Source: Anaerolineales bacterium
Lineage (GTDB): Bacteria; Chloroflexota; Anaerolineae; Anaerolineales; RBG-16-64-43
Assembly: GCA_050010135.1 (NCBI GenBank)
Contig: JBEKLP010000001.1
Span: forward strand, 15,289-79,288
Direction of reading: 5' to 3'
DNA: 64,000 nucleotides
In this document: one piece after another, positions 27,275 to 38,933 of the stretch
Numbering within the stretch: position 1 is the stretch's first letter
How the letters are laid out: every line of letters starts with the position of its first letter
Made by a program: the position numbers and the translations under genes
The notes under the pieces: model-generated
The model's database searches: none
What the model saw: the letters and a program-made list of their open reading frames with translations, nothing else
Told to the model about the DNA's origin: nothing

Positions 27275-29310
27275 AGACCGCTTCCACGGATAACCGGGTC
27301 ACCCCGCAGCGTATCCGGATCTTCCTCGGAGCGATGATCGTCCTGTTCGCGATCTTCGCCGCGCGCCTGTTCTTCCTCCAGGTGATCCTTGGCAAATACT
27401 ACCTGGCGCTGGCTGAAACCAACCGCACCCAGGTGATCAGCCTGCCCTCCTCGCGGGGCGTGATCTACGATCGCAACGGGGTGATCCTGGCGCGCAACGT
27501 GCCTTCCTATAACATCACCATCACCCCCGCCGATCTACCCGACGACACGGGCGGCGTGCAGACCATCTACCGGACGCTCTCGGATCTGACCGGCGTCCCG
27601 ATCACCGTCCCGGGCTCGCGCCCGTCGCAGGAATGCGCGCCCGGCCGCGGTATCGAGGATCTGGTCAACGAGTGGATCGAACTGGCGCCGTATTACGCGG
27701 TGAAGATCCAGTGCGACGCCGACCCGGCCGTGGCCCAGATCATCCAGGAAAGAGCCGCCGATATGCCGGGGGTTGGCGTATCGGTCTCGTCGATTCGGGA
27801 CTATCCCAACGGCCGCTTTACCGCGGACGTCATCGGATACATGGGACGTGTTCCACCGGACCTTTCGGACAAATACAAAGCCCTCGGGTACAACCTCGAC
27901 CAGGATAAAATCGGCTATGCGGGCATCGAACTCGCCTCGCAGGATATCCTGGCGGGAACCTACGGCAGGGAAAAGGTCGAGGTGGACGCCGCCGGGAAGA
28001 TCATCCGGTTGCTGGAACCGCCGACCGAACCGATTGCCGGCAAGAACATTCAATTGACGATCGATTCGCGGCTGCAGGAAGCGGCGACCATCATTCTGGA
28101 AAATAAGATCGCGGAGACGCGGGCGAACAAACCGCCCGCCCAGCGCAGCCCGATGATCACCGGCGTGGTGATCGCCATGAATCCGCAAACGGGCGAAATC
28201 CTGGCAATGGTGTCGGTGCCAACCTACGACAACGAGAAATTTTCACGCTACATCCCGCTGGATTATTACAATTCGCTCGCGACCGACATCAGCCGCCCGA
28301 TGCTCAACCACGCCATTTCCGGGACGTATCCTCCGGGTTCGATCTTCAAACTATCCACGGCGATTGGGGCGCTGAACGAAAAAATCGTCACCCCCGACAC
28401 GCAAATCATCTGCAACGGGTCGATTTCCATCCTGCAAAAGTTCTATCCCGGCGATCCGGGCACGCCGATGTTGTTCTACTGCTACAACCGCAAGGGCCAT
28501 GGGGTGGTGAATTTCCTCTACGGGCTTTCGCAATCCTGCGACGTGTATTTCTACAACCTGGGCGGCGGCTATCCGGGCGGTCCGGTACCCGAGCCGGGGC
28601 TGGGGATCGACAATATTAAACGCTACGCCGATGCCCTGGGTTACGACCAGCTCCTCCTAGGGGGCCAACTCCCCGGTGAAGTAAAAGGTCTCATCCCGGA
28701 TGAGACGTGGAAACGGCAGAACAAGGGCGAGAACTGGGCGACAGGGGATACCTACATCTCAACCATCGGCCAGGGCTACGTGGAAGTGACACCGCTCCAA
28801 GTGCTGGAATCCATCGCCACCATCGGCAACGGCGGGAAGCTGATCAAACCCACATTGCTGAAGAAATATCTCGACGGGGAAGGTAATGTCACCCAGACTT
28901 TTCCGCCGCAGGTGATCTACAACCTGGCCGACAATACGCTTGTTCCCAATACCTTCGACATCGTCGTACAACCTTGGGTCCTGCAAGAGGTGCAAATGGG
29001 GTTGCGCCTGGTGGTCACGCAGGGCACCGCCGCCCAGTATGCCCAGATCGACAACATTCCCTCCGCCGGAAAAACAGGCACGGCGGAATACTGCGACGAC
29101 ATCGCCCAATCGCGCAACTTGTGCCAACGCGATGCATGGCCGACGCACGCCTGGTACGGCGCCTACGCTCCCCCCGACAATCCAGAAATCGCCGTTCTGG
29201 CATTCATGTACGACGGCGGGGAAGGTTCGGTGACCGCCGGGCCGATCGTCCGGGATGTGCTGAAGGCGTATTATCAGTTGAAGGCCAACGACGCGCAGCG
29301 GACCGGATAA
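27271..29310 (+). CDS. mrdA: Penicillin-binding protein 2 (class B transpeptidase)
   Basis: Intact catalytic motifs PPGSIFK, SCDVYF and GKTGTAE. Sits in mreBCD context. Confidence 0.9.
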   Translation: MKTASTDNRVTPQRIRIFLGAMIVLFAIFAARLFFLQVILGKYYLALAETNRTQVISLPSSRGVIYDRNGVILARNVPSYNITITPADLPDDTGGVQTIYRTLSDLTGVPITVPGSRPSQECAPGRGIEDLVNEWIELAPYYAVKIQCDADPAVAQIIQERAADMPGVGVSVSSIRDYPNGRFTADVIGYMGRVPPDLSDKYKALGYNLDQDKIGYAGIELASQDILAGTYGREKVEVDAAGKIIRLLEPPTEPIAGKNIQLTIDSRLQEAATIILENKIAETRANKPPAQRSPMITGVVIAMNPQTGEILAMVSVPTYDNEKFSRYIPLDYYNSLATDISRPMLNHAISGTYPPGSIFKLSTAIGALNEKIVTPDTQIICNGSISILQKFYPGDPGTPMLFYCYNRKGHGVVNFLYGLSQSCDVYFYNLGGGYPGGPVPEPGLGIDNIKRYADALGYDQLLLGGQLPGEVKGLIPDETWKRQNKGENWATGDTYISTIGQGYVEVTPLQVLESIATIGNGGKLIKPTLLKKYLDGEGNVTQTFPPQVIYNLADNTLVPNTFDIVVQPWVLQEVQMGLRLVVTQGTAAQYAQIDNIPSAGKTGTAEYCDDIAQSRNLCQRDAWPTHAWYGAYAPPDNPEIAVLAFMYDGGEGSVTAGPIVRDVLKAYYQLKANDAQRTG

Positions 29311-29329
29311 ATTCCGCATGCTATAATCG

Positions 29330-30055
29330 ATGAAGAAGTATTCCGGGATCCGACGAATCGCCATGCCCGTTGAGGTCAATGTCAAGGGTATTCGCGAAGG
29401 CCTCCTGATCAGCTTCGGTGAAGGGAGTTGGGAGGAAGCATTCCCTTCGCTACTGAGCCACCTGGATTCCAAACCTGATTTCTTTCTCGGCGCAAACGCC
29501 ATCGTGCAGCTCGGGGCGTTCCCCCTTCAAGTGACCGACCTGGCACGGCTGCGCAGCGCCCTGGCGGACCGCGGGATGGGGCTGCGGACGGTGCTTTCGC
29601 AATCCCCCGTGACCGTCAAGGCCGCGAAGAATCTGGGATTGGAAGTTGCGCTTCCCGTCCGTGAAGCGAGAGAAACCCCGCTCGATACTGAACTCACCGG
29701 ATCGGAGGCGATTCTGCTGCACCAAACCCTCCGGTCCGGAAACAGCGTCCACTTTCCCGGGCACGTGACGATCCTGGGCGACGTCAACCCCGGAGCCGAG
29801 ATCGTGGCCGGAGGGAGCGTCTTCGTGTGGGGGCATCTGCGGGGAACGGTACACGCAGGGGCAAAAGGCGACAACCGTTCGGTCGTTTGCGCCCTGGATT
29901 TGAGCCCGATGCAGCTGCGGATCGCGGGAGTCGTGGCCACCTCGCCGCCCCGCAACGGGAACAGCCGCCCGGAAATCGCATCGCTGCGCGACGGCCAACT
30001 GGTGGCGGAAACCTGGAACCCCAAGGAAAAACCTCCCACACTCACTGGAGGATGA
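29330..30055 (+). CDS. minC: Septum site-determining protein MinC
   Basis: C-terminal beta-helix region [44 protein letters not shown]. The start may instead be the ATG at 29363. Confidence 0.8.
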   Translation: MKKYSGIRRIAMPVEVNVKGIREGLLISFGEGSWEEAFPSLLSHLDSKPDFFLGANAIVQLGAFPLQVTDLARLRSALADRGMGLRTVLSQSPVTVKAAKNLGLEVALPVREARETPLDTELTGSEAILLHQTLRSGNSVHFPGHVTILGDVNPGAEIVAGGSVFVWGHLRGTVHAGAKGDNRSVVCALDLSPMQLRIAGVVATSPPRNGNSRPEIASLRDGQLVAETWNPKEKPPTLTGG

Positions 30056-30098
30056 GTTCGGTTTAGGCCGGAAGAAAATTCGTTGCCAAGGAGCGGGA

Positions 30099-30395
30099 AT
30101 GACGGTAACGGTGATGACGGTTACATCGGGGAAAGGCGGCGCAGGCAAAACCACCGCCACAGCCAACATCGGCGTCGCCCTGGCGCTCGTCGGGCAGAAG
30201 GTGGTCTGCATCGACAGCGACATCGGATTACGCAACCTCAACGTGGTCATGAGGCTGGAGAACCGCATCGTCTACGATCTGGTCGACGTGGATCCCTCGA
30301 CGGTCCAGGTCGATCTTTTCTCGGAAGGCCGGGAGCAGCATCTCAAAGCCCACATTCCCCTGCCCGGCCATTCGCGTCGAAAGCGCAACCTCTAA
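30099..30395 (+). pseudogene. minD: minD remnant: N-terminal ~64 aa of the MinD ATPase followed by unrelated sequence
   Basis: [11 protein letters not shown]...[14 protein letters not shown]...IVYDLVDV matches the first ~64 residues of MinD, then similarity stops. rodA starts at 30405, so about 170 codons are missing. Confidence 0.7.
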
Positions 30396-30404
30396 GAGAC
30401 CCCC

Positions 30405-31505
30405 ATGTTTGATTGGCGACGTTGGCGCCATTTTGATTTCTGGCTGTTGGGAAGCGCCGTCCTGCTGACGATCTTCGGCATCGTGATGATCCGCTCGGCG
30501 GTGGCCGACAACGCGACGCTCGCCGACACGGCGCAGCGCCAGGCGTTGTTCGCCCTGATCGGCCTTGGCATCCTGCTTCTGGCCACCGTCATCGATTATC
30601 ATTTCTGGCGCGGACTTACGCGGATCCTCTTTGTCGGCGTCATTCTGCTGCTTCTGTACGTGGAACTGGTGGGCGCCAAGACCTTCGGCGCCACGCGCTG
30701 GATCCGCATCGGGTCGTTCACCCTCCAGCCTTCGGAAGTGGCGAAGGTAACGCTGATTCTGATTCTGGCCGACGACATTGCGCGCAACGAAGACCGGTTG
30801 CAATCCTGGGCCGGCATCCTACGCACGCTGATCATCGCCGCCATTCCCATGTTGGTCATTTTGCGGGAACCGGATCTAAGCACCGCCATTCTCGTCATGG
30901 CGCTGTGGGCGGCCATGGCGTTCGCCGCCGGTATGCCCGCGAAATATTTCCTCTTCATCGGCGGCGCAGTAATCGTGGGAGTGATGGTAGCGCTCGCCTT
31001 CAACCTGGTGGCGGCCTATCAGATGCACCGGCTGGCCCTTTTTCTCTTCCCCGAGTCGGATCCCAGCGCCGCCTACAACATCAAGCAATCGCTGATCGCC
31101 ATCGGATCGGGCAGCGTGCTCGGCCAAGGGTACGGATTGAGCACCCAGGTGCAGCTGCGATTCCTCAAAGTGCGCCAGACCGATTTCATCTTCTCGGTTC
31201 TCACCAGCGAGTTCGGCTTCGTCGGTGCGATCGTTTTTTTCGCCATCCTCGGATTCGTCGTCTTCCGCTGCCTGCAGGCGGCGCGCAATGCGCGGGATAC
31301 CTACGGGGCGCTGATTGGATACGGCGTAGCTACGTTGATTTTTTATCAGGCGGCGTTTAATATCGGAATGAATCTCAATTTGCTGCCGGTCGCCGGGTTG
31401 CCGCTGCCGTTCATCAGCTCCGGGGGCAGTTCGCTGTGGTCGGTGTTGCTCGGGATCGGGCTGGTGGAAAGCACCATTCTGTACCGGAAGGAAATGGAAT
31501 TCTGA
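30405..31505 (+). CDS. rodA: SEDS peptidoglycan polymerase RodA
   Basis: LQPSEVAKV, TDFIFSVLTSEFGFVG and LPLPFISSGGSS. Follows mrdA/minC. Confidence 0.9.
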   Translation: MFDWRRWRHFDFWLLGSAVLLTIFGIVMIRSAVADNATLADTAQRQALFALIGLGILLLATVIDYHFWRGLTRILFVGVILLLLYVELVGAKTFGATRWIRIGSFTLQPSEVAKVTLILILADDIARNEDRLQSWAGILRTLIIAAIPMLVILREPDLSTAILVMALWAAMAFAAGMPAKYFLFIGGAVIVGVMVALAFNLVAAYQMHRLALFLFPESDPSAAYNIKQSLIAIGSGSVLGQGYGLSTQVQLRFLKVRQTDFIFSVLTSEFGFVGAIVFFAILGFVVFRCLQAARNARDTYGALIGYGVATLIFYQAAFNIGMNLNLLPVAGLPLPFISSGGSSLWSVLLGIGLVESTILYRKEMEF

Positions 31506-31506
31506 G

Positions 31507-32997
<1,491 letters not shown>

Positions 32998-33025
32998 TTA
33001 TTACCACAGATTACACGCAGAAGAA

Positions 33026-33098
33026 CACGGATTTCATCGAAATGAAATTTAAAAATTAATAATTCCGTGTAATCCGAATTCATTCCGTGAAATCCGTG
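33026..33098. repeat. Inverted arrangement of the CACGGAW motif (one forward copy, three reverse copies)
   Basis: CACGGATTTCA ... ATTCCGTG ... ATTCCGTGAAATCCGTG. The outer 11-mers CACGGATTTCA / TGAAATCCGTG are perfect inverted repeats. AT-rich gap between gltX and radC. Confidence 0.5.
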
Positions 33099-33189
33099 GT
33101 ACGACCTATCCGACAAACAATCTGCCAGTTGCAGTTTTTCATTTTTCAGGTAGAATATTTTTAGATAGTCCAACAAGGGGGAGACGAAC

Positions 33190-33897
33190 ATGAGCCAACT
33201 TGCCACGATGTATAGAATCCAGGATTTGCCTGCCGGGGAACGGCCGCGCGAACGACTGACCGCGACCGGACCGCAGGCGCTATCCACCGCCGAGCTGATC
33301 GCGGTGCTCCTGCGCACCGGCGGACGCGGCCACGGCGCGATGCAGACCGCCCAGACTCTGCTCCAGCAGACCGGCGGGTTGCACGGATTGCGCAAAGCAT
33401 CCATCTCAGACTTATGCGCCATTCCTTTTGTCGGCCCTTCCAAGGCGGCGTTGATCTTGGCCGCGGTCGAACTCGGTCGCCGGCTCGCCGTGTCGGATGC
33501 GGAAGAGGCGCCGACGGTTTCCTCCCCGGCAGCGGCGGCGGGGCTGGTGCAGTATGAAATGTCGGGATTGGAACAGGAGGAATTGCGGACGATTCTACTG
33601 GATTCGCGCAACCGGCTGATCCGGATCCACGCGGTCTATCGCGGTTCGCTGACCACTTCCCTGATCCGCACCGGCGAGGTATTTCGCGAGGCGATTAAAG
33701 CCAACGCGGCCGGGATGATCGTCGTGCACAACCATCCCAGCGGCGATCCCTCGCCCAGCCCGGAGGATCTGTCCGTCACGCGAAACCTCGCCGAAGCCGG
33801 CCGGCTGCTGGACATCCCGGTGCTTGACCACGTTGTCATCGGCCGCGGGAGATTCGTATCCATGCGCGAGCAGGGATTGGGGTTTGTAGAAAAATAG
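33190..33897 (+). CDS. radC: RadC-family JAB/MPN domain protein
   Basis: N-terminal HhH region ([10 protein letters not shown]) and the JAMM motif [14 protein letters not shown]. Confidence 0.85.
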   Translation: MSQLATMYRIQDLPAGERPRERLTATGPQALSTAELIAVLLRTGGRGHGAMQTAQTLLQQTGGLHGLRKASISDLCAIPFVGPSKAALILAAVELGRRLAVSDAEEAPTVSSPAAAAGLVQYEMSGLEQEELRTILLDSRNRLIRIHAVYRGSLTTSLIRTGEVFREAIKANAAGMIVVHNHPSGDPSPSPEDLSVTRNLAEAGRLLDIPVLDHVVIGRGRFVSMREQGLGFVEK

Positions 33898-33956
33898 CCA
33901 ACGCCGGGTTCTGATCCCCCGCCGATAGAAATTTTCCGGCAGCCGCGATTAACGGT

Positions 33957-34235
33957 CTACCGCAGACCGAACATCCGGAATTCCGAGGTGGGCTCCTCCC
34001 AGGATTCTTCCACCCGCTCGACCGTGGAGGCCGACGGCCCGCAGCCAACGTCCGCCAGCAGTGATTCGAGCGCAGCACGGGAGCCCTCGGCGATCAGCTC
34101 CACGCTGCCGTCAAAGCGGTTGCGCACCCATCCGGTCAGGCCGAGCCCCATCGCGCGCCGAAGAACGAACGCGCGAAAACCCACCCCCTGCACCTCCCCG
34201 TACACTTCCGCATGCAGACGCGCCTTCCCAGTCAT
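33957..34235 (-). CDS. acyP: Acylphosphatase
   Basis: VYGEVQGVGFRAFV...GLTGWVRNRFDGSVE is the acylphosphatase signature. Start at MTGKARL, overlapping the upstream TAA by 1 nt. Confidence 0.85.
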   Translation of the reverse strand: MTGKARLHAEVYGEVQGVGFRAFVLRRAMGLGLTGWVRNRFDGSVELIAEGSRAALESLLADVGCGPSASTVERVEESWEEPTSEFRMFGLR

Positions 34236-35467
34236 TACGCCGTTTTCTTTCGCACAGGAATCGGTTTCCTTCGCCGCCGGAGGATCCATCCGGCAGCCAA
34301 TACCCCGACGAGCAGAACGGATGCACCCAAGACTAGCGCCCAGGTAGTGAGCCTACCGGTCTGCTTTTCGGTCAACCCGGTCCGCCAGGATTTTTCCAGC
34401 GTCTCCAGATTCTTCCCCGTCGATCCGACAAATCCCTGTCCGCAATCCGCGCCGGCAGCATAATCCTCCATCGCTTTTCGAACCGCCGCCAGCCCGTAGA
34501 TTCCCCGAAGATACGCGACAAATGATTTGCTCTCGGCGTACGCCAGAAGCGCGGGACGCTCATCGGATGGAAACGTCCAGCACAGCGTTGCGACGGGGAT
34601 CAGGCTGCCGTCCTTCGCCGCCTGTTGCAACGCCTGATCCGTCTCCGGGTAGAGATTCACTTCATAACCGGCCGCCATCCCCTCCACCAGCCAAAGCGGC
34701 AGGGAAGCGTAGGCAGCCTTCCACTTCGCGCCCAATAAAATATGAACCGTCTCGTGCGGGAGCAGCGCGGCGAGCGCCTGCCTTCCCTCCGCTCCGGATG
34801 CTGCCGCGATCAGGATGGTCCCGGAAGCGGGATCCGAGATCGCCCCCTCCCAGCCGTACGCGAGCTTTCCCAAACCGGAATGGAAATCCGCAAGGCGCGG
34901 ATATATATAGAGCGACGTTGTATCCGGGATCGGGGTTTCCAAGTCAGCCGAGATTGTCCCGAGGTCCAGAAGCAGAAGGTCAGCGGCATCCTCCGCCGAC
35001 CCGTTATCCCCTTCCACCCAGTGGATCGTTGCGCGTCCTTTTTCGAGGACTTGCCAGGAATAGCGGTCATCGAGGTATTGCAGCGATTGTTTTTCGGAGA
35101 CGATCTTGTCACCCGAATTCAGGATGACCTCCCACCAGTAAGCGACCGAGGAAAAAGGAAAGACCGGTTCAGAGTGTAAATCCCGGCGGGCCGCGATCGT
35201 ATATCCGTCTTGTACCGAAATTTCCGCGGGATACACGAAGGAACGGAAGGAAGAGTCTTCGAGGACCAGTTCCGCCTCGCGCACCGGTTCGACCGATTGG
35301 ACCGTCGCGGAAAACACCATTTCGCTTCCGAAGGCGACGCGCGCGGGATTGGGAATAACCGTCGGGCCATCCCGGCGCATACCCGGCGAACCGAACAGCG
35401 CGGGGACAAACAGGATGGGATAAAACCAACTAGGCATCGGTTCCCGGCCGGTCCTTGTACAAACCAT
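34235..35467 (-). CDS. Membrane-anchored putative zinc metallopeptidase (HExxH)
   Basis: HETVH motif, an N-terminal signal-like segment and a C-terminal TM helix followed by RRRRK. Family not identified. Confidence 0.45.
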   Translation of the reverse strand: MVCTRTGREPMPSWFYPILFVPALFGSPGMRRDGPTVIPNPARVAFGSEMVFSATVQSVEPVREAELVLEDSSFRSFVYPAEISVQDGYTIAARRDLHSEPVFPFSSVAYWWEVILNSGDKIVSEKQSLQYLDDRYSWQVLEKGRATIHWVEGDNGSAEDAADLLLLDLGTISADLETPIPDTTSLYIYPRLADFHSGLGKLAYGWEGAISDPASGTILIAAASGAEGRQALAALLPHETVHILLGAKWKAAYASLPLWLVEGMAAGYEVNLYPETDQALQQAAKDGSLIPVATLCWTFPSDERPALLAYAESKSFVAYLRGIYGLAAVRKAMEDYAAGADCGQGFVGSTGKNLETLEKSWRTGLTEKQTGRLTTWALVLGASVLLVGVLAAGWILRRRRKPIPVRKKTA

Positions 35468-35596
35468 CGAAAGGGAATTCCACCGGATGAATGCGGAAGG
35501 CCTTTATGAAATCATTGGAAAAGAGACGGGGGATGGGAAGCGGTTCCGTGCGTCGGAGGGAGGTCGCAGGGATGGAATTGCCTGGGCGGGAGTTTT

Positions 35597-36619
35597 TCAC
35601 CCTTCCGGATCCTCGTCTTCCTCGTCGTCCTCGTCGCTCTCTGCGTCTTCCTCATCCTCATCGTCCAAAGTCAACAGGGGAAGATCGCCGATCGAATCCT
35701 GAAATTCCGCATTCTCCAGGGCTTCTTCGATCCGATCCCATTCGTCGCTTTCTGCTTCCCCCTGCAATTCCTCCAAGGCCTGGCGCGCCGATTCGCCCCC
35801 GATCTCGCCGAGGGAGTCGATCGTGTTCCAGCGGACGTTTCCATCCGGGTCTTCCAGCAGTTCGATGAGCAGCGGGACGGCGCTGCGCAAGCCGAGGGCG
35901 CCCGCGGCGCGCGCCGCCTCCGCCCGAAGCGCGGGCGAGCGGCTGCCCAGTTCCCTCAGGATAGTAGCGGACCAGCGGGAATCCGCCGACCGGCCCATGG
36001 CAAAGAGCGAGCTGGCCTTCATCGATTCTTCGTGTTGGCGATAGGCTTTTGCGAGGATCTCGTACACACCCGGTTCGGACGAAAAGCCGATCGATTCCAC
36101 CGCGCGCCGCCTTACTTCCAGATCGTCGGTCCCGCCGGCGACGACTTTCAACCGTTCCACGATCTTTCCGCCGATCGAAGCCGGAATTTTTTCCAGTTCC
36201 ATTCGTTCCACGAAGGCACCCAGCGCCGAAGCGGCGGCGGAACGCACCGCGGAATCCGAATCCTTTTCCATCAACTGCAGGAACCGGTCGATCAGTTTGG
36301 GATCCTCACATTCCCACAACGTCCGGATCGCGTGCACCCTCACCCCGCCGTCCGCATCGTCAAGGGTGACGTGCGCGATGCCGGTAAAGTCAAGCTCGAA
36401 GTTGGCCCGCGCCATTTCCTCCATCCGCGCGATGAGATCCCGACGGGTTGCCGCCGGAAGTTTGCGCCAGGTACCCAGAAATTCCCGGACCTGGAGCCTG
36501 CCCAGATCCGAAAGCCAATGCAGCGGGAACCGGACTCCGGAGCCCGACGTCGGAGCAACGTTTTCGGATTCCTTTTTCAGGAGAACCATCGCCGCATCGA
36601 ATAATTTCTGCTCAGACAT
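35597..36619 (-). CDS. HEAT-repeat protein with poly-acidic C-terminal tail
   Basis: Repeated D..VR..A..ALG-type HEAT units. C-terminus is DDEDEEDAESDEDDEEDEDPEG. Confidence 0.6.
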   Translation of the reverse strand: MSEQKLFDAAMVLLKKESENVAPTSGSGVRFPLHWLSDLGRLQVREFLGTWRKLPAATRRDLIARMEEMARANFELDFTGIAHVTLDDADGGVRVHAIRTLWECEDPKLIDRFLQLMEKDSDSAVRSAAASALGAFVERMELEKIPASIGGKIVERLKVVAGGTDDLEVRRRAVESIGFSSEPGVYEILAKAYRQHEESMKASSLFAMGRSADSRWSATILRELGSRSPALRAEAARAAGALGLRSAVPLLIELLEDPDGNVRWNTIDSLGEIGGESARQALEELQGEAESDEWDRIEEALENAEFQDSIGDLPLLTLDDEDEEDAESDEDDEEDEDPEG

Positions 36620-36637
36620 TTTCGCCGGCTTCTCCGA

Positions 36638-37699
36638 TTATCTGGGCAATACCGGGAAGAAGAAATCCAGATAGGTGACGAACAGCATCAGCACGAGCAG
36701 CACCAGCAAAGTATAGGCGTGTACCATGCGTTCTTTTTCCGGATTCACCCGCTTTCCGCGGATGGCTTCGATGTAAATGAACACCAGGCGGCCGCCGTCG
36801 AGCGCCGGGATCGGAAGGATATTGCCAATCGCCAGGGCCAGATTGATCATCCCGATCCAGCTCAAAATGATCACCCAGCGGTTGTTTTGACGGGCCGACC
36901 CCACGATCTGCTGGGTGACGTCCAGGATTCCCACCGGGCCGACCGGGCGTTCGGTGGACGCATTGAAGTTACCGCGCAGAATCATCGACGGCAACTGGAG
37001 GATGAGTTTCACCTGATCGCCCATGGTCGTAAGCCCCATCCCCAAGGCTTCGATCCAATTGTGCCGGCCGGAGAACGCCATGGTGATGACCATCCCGCTC
37101 GGGCCCTGATCAGAAGGCCAGGTGGAACGAGGCACTACGCCTACTTCCAGTGTCTGACTTCCCCGTTCCAGGCGGAGCGTGATTTCCTTTCCGAGATGGG
37201 TTGTAATATATTGGATGACCTGCTGCGTGTTCTGAGCCGTCATGCCGTCCACCGCCAGAATGCGGTCCCCCGCCATCAAGCCGGCCTGTTGCGCCGGCGT
37301 GTCGGCGACGACCGAATCGATTATTACGCCGTCCGGATAGGCGATTTTAAATCCGATCGTGAAAGCCAAAATGGCCGCCAGGAGGTTGGCCAGCACGCCG
37401 CCGCAAAGAACGGCAAAGCGCACCCGTTTTGAAGCGGAAGCCAGGCCGCCCGGCACGGAGGGGTCGTCCTCCCCCAGGGGACGGACGAACGCACCGAAGG
37501 GGATAACGTTCAAAGTGAACTCGGTCCCCTGCCAGTTGAATAATTTCTTCAGCCGCGGCGGAAATCCAAATCCGAACTCCTCGACCTTGACTCCGGTCAG
37601 GCGCGCCATGACAAAGTGGCCCGCCTCGTGAATAAAGAGGAGCAGGCCGAAAAGAAAAATTGTCAGGACCCAGTCGAAGATATTGCCGAATAAACTCAT
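36638..37699 (-). CDS. rseP: RIP metalloprotease RseP (M50 site-2 protease)
   Basis: HEAGHFVMA zinc motif, a central PDZ-like segment and a C-terminal LPIPALDGG motif. Confidence 0.85.
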   Translation of the reverse strand: MSLFGNIFDWVLTIFLFGLLLFIHEAGHFVMARLTGVKVEEFGFGFPPRLKKLFNWQGTEFTLNVIPFGAFVRPLGEDDPSVPGGLASASKRVRFAVLCGGVLANLLAAILAFTIGFKIAYPDGVIIDSVVADTPAQQAGLMAGDRILAVDGMTAQNTQQVIQYITTHLGKEITLRLERGSQTLEVGVVPRSTWPSDQGPSGMVITMAFSGRHNWIEALGMGLTTMGDQVKLILQLPSMILRGNFNASTERPVGPVGILDVTQQIVGSARQNNRWVIILSWIGMINLALAIGNILPIPALDGGRLVFIYIEAIRGKRVNPEKERMVHAYTLLVLLVLMLFVTYLDFFFPVLPR

Positions 37700-37940
37700 T
37701 TCTGCGCCTTTCCGTCCTGCAGTCTTTGCGGATTATAACAGGCTACCAGGTTGGAATCATCGTTTGGTTTTCAATATTAGAGAAATATCATTGGATGGTT
37801 GGCTTGGCAAAAGGAGTACACCGAAATCATCGAAGAAAATGGAACTCACGGAAGAGATCCATAATAATTAAATTCTTATTCGAACCTCTTCTTGATTTTT
37901 ATGTATTCCTTGGGTTTTTCGGCGGCTTCCATGCACTCTG

Positions 37941-38933
37941 TCAATCGTTCGGTTTTAAAGGAATCGCCTTCGCTCCGAGTCCCGGCCGCGCCCGCAGGAT
38001 TTGGCGTACGGCGGGGAGTTCCCGCAAACGCCGTTCCACCTCTTCGGCGGATTCCGCCAAACACAGGCAGTGCACATTGGGTCCGGCGTCGACCGTGTAT
38101 GCCACGGGCAAACCGCCCACCCGCCATTCCGGAATGAGCCGCATCAATTCCAAAGACTCCGGTTCCCAATACGTCAGGGACGGCCGGGAGGTCATCATCA
38201 CTGCGTGCATCAGGCGGGTGTCTTCTTCGACGATCTCCGCAAGGGCGGTGAAATCTTTTTCCACAATTGCCCGGCGGCAAAGGTCCAGTCGCCGCGGGGC
38301 GTCGGCCACGCGCGCCGCCTGCAACGGGCTGGTCCTCGCCAGGACGTTCCCCTCCGCAGAACCGACTTTCTTGGGGCCGGCGTTTACGATCGCGATCAGA
38401 TCGATCAACGGCCAATGGGAGGGTGGAGCGATGGACACGGCGAACGAATCTTCGTCCCGGTTTGCCACAGACCATTCGACAAATCCCGCCGGCACCGAAC
38501 GGCCGGCGGATCCGGAACCGCGCCGGGCCAGGATCGAGAGCTCCCGCTCAGTAAGTTCCAACCCCAGCGCGGCGGCCGCGGCGACGGTCAGCGCCGCGAA
38601 GGCCGAGGCCGAGGAGGCGATTCCTGCACCGATGGGAAAATTATTTTCGCTGACGATTCGGGCTTTCCAAGCTACTCCGGCCATATTTCGAAGCAGATTA
38701 AGGTGGTCCGAGACACGCTCGGCGGTCGTTCCGGTTTGCACAACGCCCTGCAGCGTAAACTCATCCTTCCCTCGCTGCGGGTCGAACTCCGCCGAAGTGT
38801 GCGTTTCCAATCCGTCCAAATTCATCGAGATCGAACCATTGGCCGGAAGGCGCAATGCGTCGTCCCGGTTCCCCCAATATTTGATGAAGGCGATGTTAGC
38901 ACAAGCGACCGCCGTTGCGCACCGAGTTTGCAT
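37941..38933 (-). CDS. mvaD: Mevalonate (di)phosphate decarboxylase (GHMP kinase fold)
   Basis: NIAFIKYWGNRD, NNFPIGAGIASSASAFAAL (GHMP motif) and a TVDAGPNVH C-terminal motif. Confidence 0.85.
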   Translation of the reverse strand: MQTRCATAVACANIAFIKYWGNRDDALRLPANGSISMNLDGLETHTSAEFDPQRGKDEFTLQGVVQTGTTAERVSDHLNLLRNMAGVAWKARIVSENNFPIGAGIASSASAFAALTVAAAAALGLELTERELSILARRGSGSAGRSVPAGFVEWSVANRDEDSFAVSIAPPSHWPLIDLIAIVNAGPKKVGSAEGNVLARTSPLQAARVADAPRRLDLCRRAIVEKDFTALAEIVEEDTRLMHAVMMTSRPSLTYWEPESLELMRLIPEWRVGGLPVAYTVDAGPNVHCLCLAESAEEVERRLRELPAVRQILRARPGLGAKAIPLKPND

